Of a stretch of DNA of 64,000 nucleotides, positions 53,571 through 61,014 are shown piece by piece. This DNA comes from a virus. Taxonomy: Duplodnaviria; Caudoviricetes. Each line of letters opens with the position of its first letter. Positions within the stretch are counted from its first letter, which is position 1. Position numbers and translations under genes: made by a program. Under the pieces are notes generated by a model. The model had not been told where the DNA came from, did no database searches, and saw only the letters and a list, made by a program, of their open reading frames with translations. Location of the stretch: the IMG/VR virus record IMGVR_UViG_3300037400_002350, positions 36,969-100,968 of that record; one strand, 5' to 3'.

Positions 53571-53768
53571 TTATTCCCATTTTAAATTCTAAGCTGGGAG
53601 ATTTGGTGAACCAGAACCGTCTGCAAAATATGTTCCGTGAGTCCATACTTCTTTTGTGTCCTCTATAAACACAATTTGTTCGGCATTTATATTCTATAAT
53701 GCAAGATCATTTTTGAAGTTTGCCTTGTATTTGTAATATAAAAACCGATTTTTTATTTTTTCTCCCAT
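53571..53768 (-). CDS. Small tail-fibre-head-like protein, 65 aa; absent from the ORF track
   Basis: MGEKIKNRFLYYKYKANFKNDLAL(TAG)NINAEQIVFIEDTKEVWTHGTYF...LKWE; 2 TAGs. Confidence 0.6.
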
Positions 53769-53780
53769 AAAATTAAGTAT

Positions 53781-53810
53781 AAAAAGAGGGCCACATGTGT
53801 GGTCCCCTTA
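53781..53810 (-). terminator. Intrinsic terminator after dUTPase
   Basis: Minus strand: GGGGACCAC ACAT GTGGCCCTC hairpin followed by TTTTT. Confidence 0.6.
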
Positions 53811-53836
53811 ATAATTAGTATCTTTATGTTTTATCT

Positions 53837-54346
53837 TTATGCTGCAACCTCTGTTGTAGCTTCTTCTTTCTGTGGGATGTCCATCTCTGCGGGAGCATCT
53901 GCCACAGGTACTTCATTTGTCGATCCAAATCCACCTTCACCGCGATCTGTCTCTGAAAGTTCTGTTACTTCCTCAAGCTCGCATGTGATATAAGGTACAA
54001 TGACAAGTTGTGCAAATTTATCACCTGGTTTGTATATTGCAGGAACTACATCTGTAGTAGATCTAAATTTGCCCATTACTTCTCCACGGTAACCTGAATC
54101 AATAACGCCCACTGCGTTACACATTGTGATCGACTTGTTTGCGACACTAGAACGTTGGAATAACAATCCAACACATCCTTCAGGAATCTCTATAGCGAGA
54201 TCTGTATGGTATACGAGAGTCAACTGACCAGCCTCGTTAATCTCCTGAGAAATATTTGTACACGTTAAATCAATTCCAGCGTCAGTCTGATGTGCGCGAA
54301 TTGGGAATACTGCTTTATCCGAAAGTCTCTTTATCTTAAGTGTCAT
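53837..54346 (-). CDS. dut: Trimeric dUTPase
   Basis: Motifs AGIDL, RSS, GVIDSGYRGE, AQLV and RGEGGFGS. Confidence 0.95.
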   Translation of the reverse strand: MTLKIKRLSDKAVFPIRAHQTDAGIDLTCTNISQEINEAGQLTLVYHTDLAIEIPEGCVGLLFQRSSVANKSITMCNAVGVIDSGYRGEVMGKFRSTTDVVPAIYKPGDKFAQLVIVPYITCELEEVTELSETDRGEGGFGSTNEVPVADAPAEMDIPQKEEATTEVAA

Positions 54347-54386
54347 ATATATAAAATTTTAAGTTTTCTCAGCACTTCTGCTGTAT

Positions 54387-54460
54387 TGGTCTCCCCACTA
54401 GGATTTGAACCCAGACTAAGAGGGTTAGAGCCTCCTGTGCTGCCATTACACCATGGGGCG
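54387..54460 (-). tRNA. Amber suppressor tRNA (anticodon CUA), Gln-type body
   Basis: CGCCCCA TG GTGTAATGGCAGCAC A GGAGG CT-CTA-AC CCTCT TAGT CTGGG TTCAAAT CCTAG TGGGGAG A CCA: complete cloverleaf with encoded CCA; anticodon at 54426-54428. Confidence 0.93.
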
Positions 54461-54535
54461 ATGTGCCGCATGAAGTCATGAGCTTCTGTACTCTTACAGT
54501 ATTGCGGCTGCTGGTTCTCAGTACAGCGACTGTTT

Positions 54536-54859
54536 TTACTTCTTACGTGTAATCCAGTTCCAAAAGCGTTTGAAAATGTTTGGCTTCTTCTCTGGCACGA
54601 CAATTGTAGCGACACTATGTGCGCGCAAGAATGAAGTTGGACCTACTCGGAATGCCAAATGAGCATCTCCGAAGATCACATCTGCACAAGTCTGCAGTGT
54701 ATACTCAGCCATGAATCTCTTCTCTGCTGGAGTAAGAACAATACCTGCGTCAGCTTTAGCGCACAGAATGCGATACTTAACATCCTTTACATCACCGCCC
54801 ACCATATCGACCATGTCTACGATATATAAGGGCTTCTTAGTTTTTGTTGTCTTTTTCAT
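54536..54859 (-). CDS. Hypothetical protein with basic amphipathic C-terminus (KKPNIFKRFWNWITRKK)
   Basis: Intact ORF; ATG of MKKTTK preferred as start. Confidence 0.6.
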   Translation of the reverse strand: MKKTTKTKKPLYIVDMVDMVGGDVKDVKYRILCAKADAGIVLTPAEKRFMAEYTLQTCADVIFGDAHLAFRVGPTSFLRAHSVATIVVPEKKPNIFKRFWNWITRKK

Positions 54860-54870
54860 ATTCAATATAA

Positions 54871-55239
54871 TTAACAAGCTGATTTTGCTTCACAGTCACA
54901 ACATGGGCCATCGTGATCACCACTCAGATTCTGTCTCAGCTGTGCTTCAGTTTCAGCTTCAGCCTCTCTTATCCCTTTTATGTTTTCTTTCCACTCTGCG
55001 TTGTTTATGATAATGGCACGATGTGCTTGGCCTTCACGTTTATAGAACAATATAACCATGTCATCTTTCTTTACTTCACGATCCTGTATATCAGTATCTT
55101 GAATAGAAATTGTACCATCTTCTGGAATCTCATAGATCCAGTCTATATCAGATCTTGTATAGTCAACGAGGTCCAGTGTATCGTCTTCTTTGAGCTGTAC
55201 AAGACCACGCATTTTTGGGTTTATTAAATATTTACTCAT
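54871..55239 (-). CDS. Hypothetical protein with Cys-rich C-terminus
   Basis: Intact ORF overlapping the upstream gene; ends GPCCDCEAKSAC. Confidence 0.65.
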   Translation of the reverse strand: MSKYLINPKMRGLVQLKEDDTLDLVDYTRSDIDWIYEIPEDGTISIQDTDIQDREVKKDDMVILFYKREGQAHRAIIINNAEWKENIKGIREAEAETEAQLRQNLSGDHDGPCCDCEAKSAC

Positions 55240-55453
55240 ATTTTGGGCTATAATCTTTTGTCTTATTTTCTTTAAAACGGTTCTTTAACTTAAACCTAAA
55301 TAGACGTCTGAATAATATATCGTGGCAATCTTGAGGATCTTTCATTACTTCGACAGTAAATTTAAAAACGTGTTTACACACTTCATCAACAACATCTTCG
55401 TCTATTCCGGTGTTTTTAGAAACCTCCTTTACGACTCTGTCTATGTCTATCAC
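55232..55453 (-). CDS. HU/IHF-like DNA-binding protein, 73 aa
   Basis: DRVVKEVSKNTGIDEDVVDEVCKHVF...ILFRRLFRFKLK fits the HU helix-helix-strand pattern. Confidence 0.55.
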   Translation of the reverse strand: MIDIDRVVKEVSKNTGIDEDVVDEVCKHVFKFTVEVMKDPQDCHDILFRRLFRFKLKNRFKENKTKDYSPKYE

Positions 55454-55881
55454 TTTTCTATCGCAACAATGTTATAGTATGTAACTAGACGACTGTCTTT
55501 AATCAAATCAAAGAATTCAGAAGATCTATCCCTAAATATGACAACATCACCAACTTTTATTTCTGATGTATACTTTGCAACGGATTGATCTTTCAAAGAA
55601 TTGGAATGACTCATAGGAACTTTGAGCACTATACCCTTCCTGTAATCTGAATCAACTTCCTTTATCTCTGTCTTAACTTCTTCATAGTCCACGGCTTCAA
55701 CACCATCTGCATCTTTCTTAGCAGGCTCCTTTGATACCGGACTACTGAATTCCTTTTTTACTTTTATCGGGTCTAACGGCTTTACGAGAAACTTATCAAG
55801 AAACTCATATTTAATTTTGCTTGATACATCATTTGCCAGAACCGACTGATCAACAACTGTATTTTGTACACTTTCTTCCAT
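55450..55881 (-). CDS. GroES/Cpn10-like co-chaperonin, 143 aa
   Basis: DKFLVKP...KGIVLKV...IKVGDVVIF...LVTYYNIVAI, with a long mobile-loop region. Confidence 0.6.
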   Translation of the reverse strand: MEESVQNTVVDQSVLANDVSSKIKYEFLDKFLVKPLDPIKVKKEFSSPVSKEPAKKDADGVEAVDYEEVKTEIKEVDSDYRKGIVLKVPMSHSNSLKDQSVAKYTSEIKVGDVVIFRDRSSEFFDLIKDSRLVTYYNIVAIEK

Positions 55882-56288
55882 TACTTCTTCAAAGATTTAA
55901 GATGATTCAAAACTTTAATAAGATTCTCAAGAACTGTAGTCTTCTCAACTTTCAGTACTGTTGGGAGGTTCTTATCAATAGAATTCAAGTCACCTGTATA
56001 TTGAGCTAACAAACGATCGATTTCGTCAAATACGTTAACAAAGTCACTTGATTCGTTTTCAGTCTCTTCTGATAGAATACCAAGATTAACCAAGGCTTTT
56101 GCATAATCAACAGAAATCTTGTATGAGGTATTGTAAGACGAACTGAAGTTACCAGCACCTTCGAAAGCACTGTTCTCTTCGTTATACTCACAAACATAAT
56201 ACTTACCATCTGCAGTAAGCTCAAATACATCACCTTCTTCGAGAATGTCGAAAGGTTTAATTACTTCTAATGTTTTACTCATAACCAT
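55881..56288 (-). CDS. Hypothetical protein, first gene of the leftward operon
   Basis: Intact ORF with TAATG coupling to the GroES-like gene. Confidence 0.7.
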   Translation of the reverse strand: MVMSKTLEVIKPFDILEEGDVFELTADGKYYVCEYNEENSAFEGAGNFSSSYNTSYKISVDYAKALVNLGILSEETENESSDFVNVFDEIDRLLAQYTGDLNSIDKNLPTVLKVEKTTVLENLIKVLNHLKSLKK

Positions 56289-56302
56289 TAAATTAATTTG
56301 AC

Positions 56303-56334
56303 CGCATAACGGGATAAATATAGTTTTGGTTGCA
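56303..56334 (-). promoter_or_regulatory. Leftward bipartite promoter-like element TGCAAC-N17-CGTTATGCG
   Basis: Minus strand TGCAAC caaaactatatttatcc CGTTATGCG, ending 14 nt before ATG 56288. Confidence 0.6.
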
Positions 56335-56358
56335 GTTGACGTAAAAAATTCTCAAAAA

Positions 56359-56390
56359 TGCAACTATTTTGGGGTCTTTTACGTTATGCG
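56359..56390 (+). promoter_or_regulatory. Rightward bipartite promoter-like element TGCAAC-N17-CGTTATGCG
   Basis: TGCAAC tattttggggtctttta CGTTATGCG, ending 30 nt before ATG 56421. Confidence 0.6.
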
Positions 56391-56420
56391 CAAAGAAAGT
56401 AGCAAAGAAATATAGTATAT

Positions 56421-56990
56421 ATGAATATAGTAGAACATAGTATAGTACTATATTATGCAGATTATTTAAGTCTAAAGAACAACTGTACTACAGTTACAGA
56501 CAACTGTAAGTACTACTGGATATAGTAGACCCCAATAAATTCAGCATATATATGTAAATATGAACCCTTCTATGATGTATAGAATTAGTATTACATCTAG
56601 GCATATACGGAATATTAGACCATTAAAGAGAGTTTTAATGAGGAAGGTATAACAAGTTTTTTAGGAGAAATAGGTTATCTAAGCTCTGCAGGAATTGTAG
56701 ACGCAAAATAGATACTTAAATGTATACACAGATACAGTACTAAATAGGAAAGAAGACAAGCGCTACGTAAGTATAATCAATGGATAGATAGATAGATCTA
56801 TACCCATATAGTTTATAACGATGACGGAGACCCCCAAAGAGAAGAATGTACAAGATATGTAGCATACACAGAACAAAACACAGCATCGTTACCTAGAGTA
56901 GATTACCCTAAAAAAGTTAGCTATGGACCCGAATTACCAAAAAGCAATGAAGATTATCAGCAAAGACGACAAACGCCAATCATCTATTGA
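56421..56990 (+). CDS. Hypothetical protein, 189 aa, with 9 in-frame TAG codons; absent from the ORF track
   Basis: MNIVEHSIVLYYADYLSLKNNCTTVTDNCKYYWI(TAG)(TAG)TPINSAY...RRQTPIIY-TGA; no TAA or TGA for 189 codons in AT-rich DNA. Confidence 0.75.
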
Positions 56991-57060
56991 TAATTACCCA
57001 GATGTACCATCATTTGATGAGTGGTTGGAGCAAGTCGTTACGTTGTGATAAATACGAAAT

Positions 57061-57480
57061 ATGAAGAAGTTAAGTTTTAAAGTTGATGTCTATGATTGGG
57101 ATGTATATTTGTACCAATTAGAGGCTAAAGATAGTAAAAAAGACATTACAAAAGTGTTGCAAAAACACAACATTCCTGTAGAAGGAAATGAAGACATTAC
57201 GACCTGTCTTGAAGACCGTTTTCATGATGGTGGATGGACGTTTTGCAACGGTAATATACGTCAAAGTGTGGTAATATTTGAAATCTTCTCCGAAAAAGCT
57301 TACAAAGTCGATGTTTACGGACATGAAAAACGGCACGTTGAAGATGATATTTTGAACCAGTTACATGTAAATGATGATGACGAGGCTGCTGCATACTTAG
57401 CAGGCTACCTTTCAAGACGTTTTGAAGAACTATCTGAACAAGTAAAGAAGTATTATGGGAAAAATAAGAAAAAACGCTAA
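57061..57480 (+). CDS. Zincin-like (HExxH) small metallopeptidase-fold protein
   Basis: YGHEKRHV...DEAAAYL. Confidence 0.55.
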   Translation: MKKLSFKVDVYDWDVYLYQLEAKDSKKDITKVLQKHNIPVEGNEDITTCLEDRFHDGGWTFCNGNIRQSVVIFEIFSEKAYKVDVYGHEKRHVEDDILNQLHVNDDDEAAAYLAGYLSRRFEELSEQVKKYYGKNKKKR

Positions 57481-57832
57481 TATATACAATAAAGATGGGG
57501 TTTTACTACGTAAAGTAGGCCCTAAAGGAGTACTAGAAGACTACTCTATAGAGGAGTTGGAAGCCCTCATAGACGAACTTGGAAGCAATAAAGACGACAA
57601 AGGTAATATAAAAGATCCTGTAGCATTTAACAATGCCTGTTCTATGCTATTATTCATGTATAATAAGTATGGAAACCCACATAAAGACGAGCTATTAAAA
57701 CGTCTTACAACCCCTAAAGATGAGGTTACAGAGGCCCTAAAAGAGGTTGATACAGAGGTTTCTGAGAATGTAGAACCCAAAGACTCAAAAGAGTCAGAAT
57801 ATATAGATTTTGAGGAAATAAAAAATGGCTGA
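57455..57832 (+). CDS. Hypothetical protein, 125 aa
   Basis: Intact ORF overlapping both neighbours. Confidence 0.65.
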   Translation: MGKIRKNANIYNKDGVLLRKVGPKGVLEDYSIEELEALIDELGSNKDDKGNIKDPVAFNNACSMLLFMYNKYGNPHKDELLKRLTTPKDEVTEALKEVDTEVSENVEPKDSKESEYIDFEEIKNG

Positions 57833-57932
57833 TGCAGATTATTTTGCACTAATCGGATTAGCTGTAGCCATAGTAATAGCTGATATAGCTATCCGATGGT
57901 GGCAAGAGATGAACAATAGAAACAAAAAATAA
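57825..57932 (+). CDS. Small single-TM membrane peptide, 35 aa
   Basis: MADADYFALIGLAVAIVIADIAIRWWQEMNNRNKK; overlaps the upstream stop. Confidence 0.5.
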   Translation: MADADYFALIGLAVAIVIADIAIRWWQEMNNRNKK

Positions 57933-57937
57933 CATAT

Positions 57938-58006
57938 ATGATATATGGAGCAGTTATTGCGTGTGTACTAGTGATATTAGTACTATACGCATTTAAAGGG
58001 AAATGA
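57938..58006 (+). CDS. Small single-TM membrane peptide, 22 aa
   Basis: MIYGAVIACVLVILVLYAFKGK. Confidence 0.4.
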   Translation: MIYGAVIACVLVILVLYAFKGK

Positions 58007-58116
58007 TACAACCTATATATAATATAAGACACTGGTTCCCATGTGATAAAGTGGTAACTAGTTACGATGGATGGTATAATCCTACTGAATACACTGATGT
58101 TAGGAATTTACCTGAG

Positions 58117-58154
58117 AATAAGGGGTCTGTTGAACAGGCTCCTTTATTTTTTTT
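58117..58154 (+). terminator. Intrinsic terminator closing the 56421 operon
   Basis: AAGGGGTCTGTT G AACAGGCTCCTT hairpin followed by a T8 run. Confidence 0.65.
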
Positions 58155-58196
58155 CTAAAATTTTTTTGTTGTGTGAGTGTGGAAAGGGGAAACACT

Positions 58197-58264
58197 CAGG
58201 GGAGAACCCCCAGGCCCCTCTGTATGCGTAAACATCCCCCCACTATCAGAGATAGTGATTATAT
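58197..58264 (+). promoter_or_regulatory. Copy 1 of a ~65-bp phage-specific motif (candidate early/virion-RNAP promoter)
   Basis: CAGGGGAGAACCCC...CCCCT..TATGCG...CTATCAGAGATAGTGATTATAT; similar to 60611-60675. Confidence 0.5.
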
Positions 58265-58553
58265 GGTTTGTGCAGGTCCAGCAGTGCACTGCTGTTTTAG
58301 ATTACCTAGAATGGCATCTAGCTAGCTGGTGTGTTACAAATCAATAACGAAGGGCTCATGCCTAACATGGGTGCAATCAAACGCCTGCTTAGCAAGCAGG
58401 TCCAGATGAAGTACAGTAGTCTGGTGGCAGCTATGCCACAGAAATAGTCTTTCACACTGAGTGTGATAGTGCTGGGGAAAACCAGCTGACAATACTCCTT
58501 CAACAGGAAAGACTGTAGAAGACGCACTAATGTTGGTGCTAATCATAAGACCT

Positions 58554-58940
58554 ATGATGAAGATTTATGGACTCATTGCTACTAAGACTATCAACGTCAA
58601 GGCCGTTAAGGCCATAGACATGGTAGTTAGTTACCAGACTTACTCTCTTGGTGGAGGGGAGTGGTCAATTGAGGCCAAGACCACACATGACCAGAGTGTA
58701 TGGGGTCCGTCCATAATGGAGTGGGTTGGCAGCAACGGCACTCGTTATGATGAGGAGGCGACAGACCTCTGGAAAGAGGTCGAAGAGTGGGAGAAAGATC
58801 CCAAAGGAGGATTGGCGGTAGTAAAGCCTGCATACTCCTATCAGGAATACAAAGCTCCTGATGGAGTAACAGGGTCGTTCTCCTTCTTTAAGCGGGAGAT
58901 GATAAACGGAAGGTTACACGGATGTTTAGTCTCATTCTAA
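58554..58940 (+). CDS. Hypothetical early protein, ~128 aa
   Basis: Intact ORF; the start could instead be 58530. Confidence 0.6.
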   Translation: MMKIYGLIATKTINVKAVKAIDMVVSYQTYSLGGGEWSIEAKTTHDQSVWGPSIMEWVGSNGTRYDEEATDLWKEVEEWEKDPKGGLAVVKPAYSYQEYKAPDGVTGSFSFFKREMINGRLHGCLVSF

Positions 58941-58958
58941 CACAAATAGTCTTGGAGT

Positions 58959-59183
58959 ATGAAGCGTATCATTTATTATACGGTTATGATTGTGACAATC
59001 ATAGCAGATACAGCGATTATGGTGTGTTTTCACGCCTGGTGTACAAATGCATCTAGAACCACAGTTTTGTGGGTCAATGGCGCGTTTGACGCGTATTGCA
59101 GCGCCTATTTCTTGGGCGCAGTAACATGTTTCATGTGTAGCATTCCAGCCTTATTATTATGGATGGATAAACACGTGAAATAG
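58959..59183 (+). CDS. Small two-TM membrane protein ending in TAG
   Basis: Two hydrophobic stretches; read-through of the TAG would extend it to TAA 59273. Confidence 0.6.
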   Translation: MKRIIYYTVMIVTIIADTAIMVCFHAWCTNASRTTVLWVNGAFDAYCSAYFLGAVTCFMCSIPALLLWMDKHVK

Positions 59184-59292
59184 CCTACAGACCCCTGTGT
59201 GATATTGCTCAACTGGCCTCGGAAGCCAGCAGGGGATCTAACTCATAAGGGCTTGAGTCCTTCAATTGTTTAACATTTAATCTGTTATTAAA

Positions 59293-59961
59293 ATGGAAGT
59301 GATCAAAAATTACACGTTCAAATTGGACGTGTTCTGTGGTACATCCACAGAAGGTAAGAAGTGGTTAAAATGTATCTTTGAGATTGGCAGAGCCTTTCTC
59401 GAAGATGGGTCTAACTGTCCTATTCCTGCAATGAGGACTGAAGGGTTTTATGACTGTTTTGTCAACAGTCATCTCATAGACCTCTACCTCAGCATGTTTG
59501 CAGCTGCAGGTGCACCAAAGGAGGAGAACGGAGTGTTGTCATGGCACTTCGTAGGTAATCAAACCCCTGAATTCTTCCGCAATTACCTCAATAACATGGG
59601 GTATGTTGTTAAGTGGGATGTAATAAAATGGGATGAGGATCGTGTCCTCACAAGGGATGGTGTGGTCATCATGGATGACAATGGTAAACCAAAGTACAAA
59701 CGAGACGGAATCAAGTTTGCATACTTGGTTGATCCAGATGATTCCGACAACTGTATCAATGGTTGCAGGGAGATGGAGATCGCACGCCTTAACAAAGAGT
59801 GGGTTCCGTATGGATTAGCCTCTAGTAAGGTGTTGCTTGAGAGCCTGACAAAGCTTCCTCCAATGCCAAAGGTAGAAGAGATTGCTCCAGGAGCTGAAAC
59901 TGTTCCTGCTGCAGAGGCACAGCCTGCAAAGAGAAGCAGGACAGCGAAGAAAAACGAATAA
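59293..59961 (+). CDS. Hypothetical early protein, 222 aa (possible paralogue of 61015..61833)
   Basis: Intact ORF with an AT-rich leader. Confidence 0.75.
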   Translation: MEVIKNYTFKLDVFCGTSTEGKKWLKCIFEIGRAFLEDGSNCPIPAMRTEGFYDCFVNSHLIDLYLSMFAAAGAPKEENGVLSWHFVGNQTPEFFRNYLNNMGYVVKWDVIKWDEDRVLTRDGVVIMDDNGKPKYKRDGIKFAYLVDPDDSDNCINGCREMEIARLNKEWVPYGLASSKVLLESLTKLPPMPKVEEIAPGAETVPAAEAQPAKRSRTAKKNE

Positions 59962-60061
59962 TTTAATCACAGCCAATGAGACCGAAAGGTCGCCAGTAAT
60001 GAATGGGCCTTGGTCACGAGTTGATCAGGGCCTTCGGAGGCATTTTAAATCAGTAATAATT

Positions 60062-60568
60062 ATGTGGATCAACATGTCAGAAACCCCTACTGTCTTCAGT
60101 AAGGGCTACTTGTTCTTGAATGACGGAACACGTTTGTTTGTCAAGTATACCTTGTTACGCTATGGATTGGTACGTGTATCTCTCTATACTCCAAAGAATG
60201 TTATCTTCAAAGGTAACACGATGCTGTTTGACGACGACATAATCACAAAGAATGGTGACCACGAGTATCGGTTCATACTTGTATGTGGGTCACTAGCTGT
60301 GATGTCTATTGGCAGAGAAGTTGCCGAAAAATTGGCAAAACACTATATAACGTGTGAGGAATGTTCTGAGAATCGTTCAAAGTTAACTTCCCGTCAAGCA
60401 AGTGCTGCAGAAATGCTAGCACTTAAGAGCATCGAAATTGAGGATGTAGAATATCTTTTACGATGCGACGTATCTGATTTGCCTTGTGCATTTCACGATT
60501 ATGTGCAAGAATATGGAGAAGAATACGACGAGTGGTGTAAAAAACAAGTAATCGATCATTCAATTTAA
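60062..60568 (+). CDS. Hypothetical early protein, ~168 aa
   Basis: ATG 60062 follows an AT-rich leader; the longer ORF-track version overlaps the previous gene and a structured spacer. Confidence 0.65.
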   Translation: MWINMSETPTVFSKGYLFLNDGTRLFVKYTLLRYGLVRVSLYTPKNVIFKGNTMLFDDDIITKNGDHEYRFILVCGSLAVMSIGREVAEKLAKHYITCEECSENRSKLTSRQASAAEMLALKSIEIEDVEYLLRCDVSDLPCAFHDYVQEYGEEYDEWCKKQVIDHSI

Positions 60569-60571
60569 ATT

Positions 60572-60607
60572 ACTCCTGGCACAGCTACGGCTGTGCTGGG
60601 AGTTTTT
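60572..60607 (+). terminator. Intrinsic terminator
   Basis: ACTCCTGGCACAGC TACG GCTGTGCTGGGAGT followed by TTTT. Confidence 0.75.
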
Positions 60608-60610
60608 ACC

Positions 60611-60675
60611 CAGGGGAGACCCCAAACCCCCTTATACGCAAATCATACTTTCTCTATAAGAGACAGTGATTGTAT
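60611..60675 (+). promoter_or_regulatory. Copy 2 of the ~65-bp phage-specific motif
   Basis: CAGGGGAGACCCC...CCCCT.TATACG...CTATAAGAGACAGTGATTGTAT; directly after a terminator and ~30 nt before ATG 60707. Confidence 0.5.
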
Positions 60676-60706
60676 ACAGATTAATAACAGATTAAATGTA
60701 GGTAAA

Positions 60707-61003
60707 ATGGTTACGGAAATCATGGAGGGCTATGGAATCCAAGGGATTACCATTCAGCTAAACGCGAGTGAGATGCAAAGTATTACACGCCTTAATAAGC
60801 GTGCGGTACAAGTTGTTAAAAGTCAGCTGCCTGATTCACCAAAGAAGGAATACTTCACAGGTGAAGATGCGAAAGACGTAGTTCGATTGACACATGCGAT
60901 TCTGAGAAATTGGAATTGCAAAATGGAGAACGATATCGACAACTGTGACATAAGCGAGTTATTGAAAGTAAACGAGGAGAAATCCTCTAATATTAACGAT
61001 TAA
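60707..61003 (+). CDS. Hypothetical early protein, 98 aa
   Basis: ATG 60707 preferred because the longer ORF-track version runs through a terminator. Confidence 0.6.
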   Translation: MVTEIMEGYGIQGITIQLNASEMQSITRLNKRAVQVVKSQLPDSPKKEYFTGEDAKDVVRLTHAILRNWNCKMENDIDNCDISELLKVNEEKSSNIND

Positions 61004-61014
61004 TATATAGCGAA

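Noticed and set aside
1-53768. Apparent mass pseudogenisation (fragmented ORFs)
   Set aside because: The breaks are in-frame TAG codons in essential genes, no frameshifts were seen, and a CUA tRNA is present. This is recoding, not decay.
54340-54390. HDV-like theta ribozyme 3' of the suppressor tRNA (and 3' of the CAU tRNA)
   Set aside because: The trailers show only simple hairpins, no nested double pseudoknot was recognisable, and the suppressor tRNA encodes its own CCA.
54343-54615. 90-aa minus-strand ORF
   Set aside because: It runs through the suppressor tRNA gene and overlaps both neighbours.
347-55227. Many plus-strand ORFs of 60-200 aa in the ORF track
   Set aside because: They are antisense shadows of minus-strand genes with no recognisable motifs.
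58318-58546. Short ORFs on either strand downstream of motif copy 1
   Set aside because: No convincing start or product; the region is palindrome-rich and may be an untranslated leader.
59971-59996. Hammerhead-like segment CCAATGAGACCGAAAGGTCGCCAG
   Set aside because: It has a stem-II-like hairpin, but the catalytic CUGANGA and GAAA cores are not intact.
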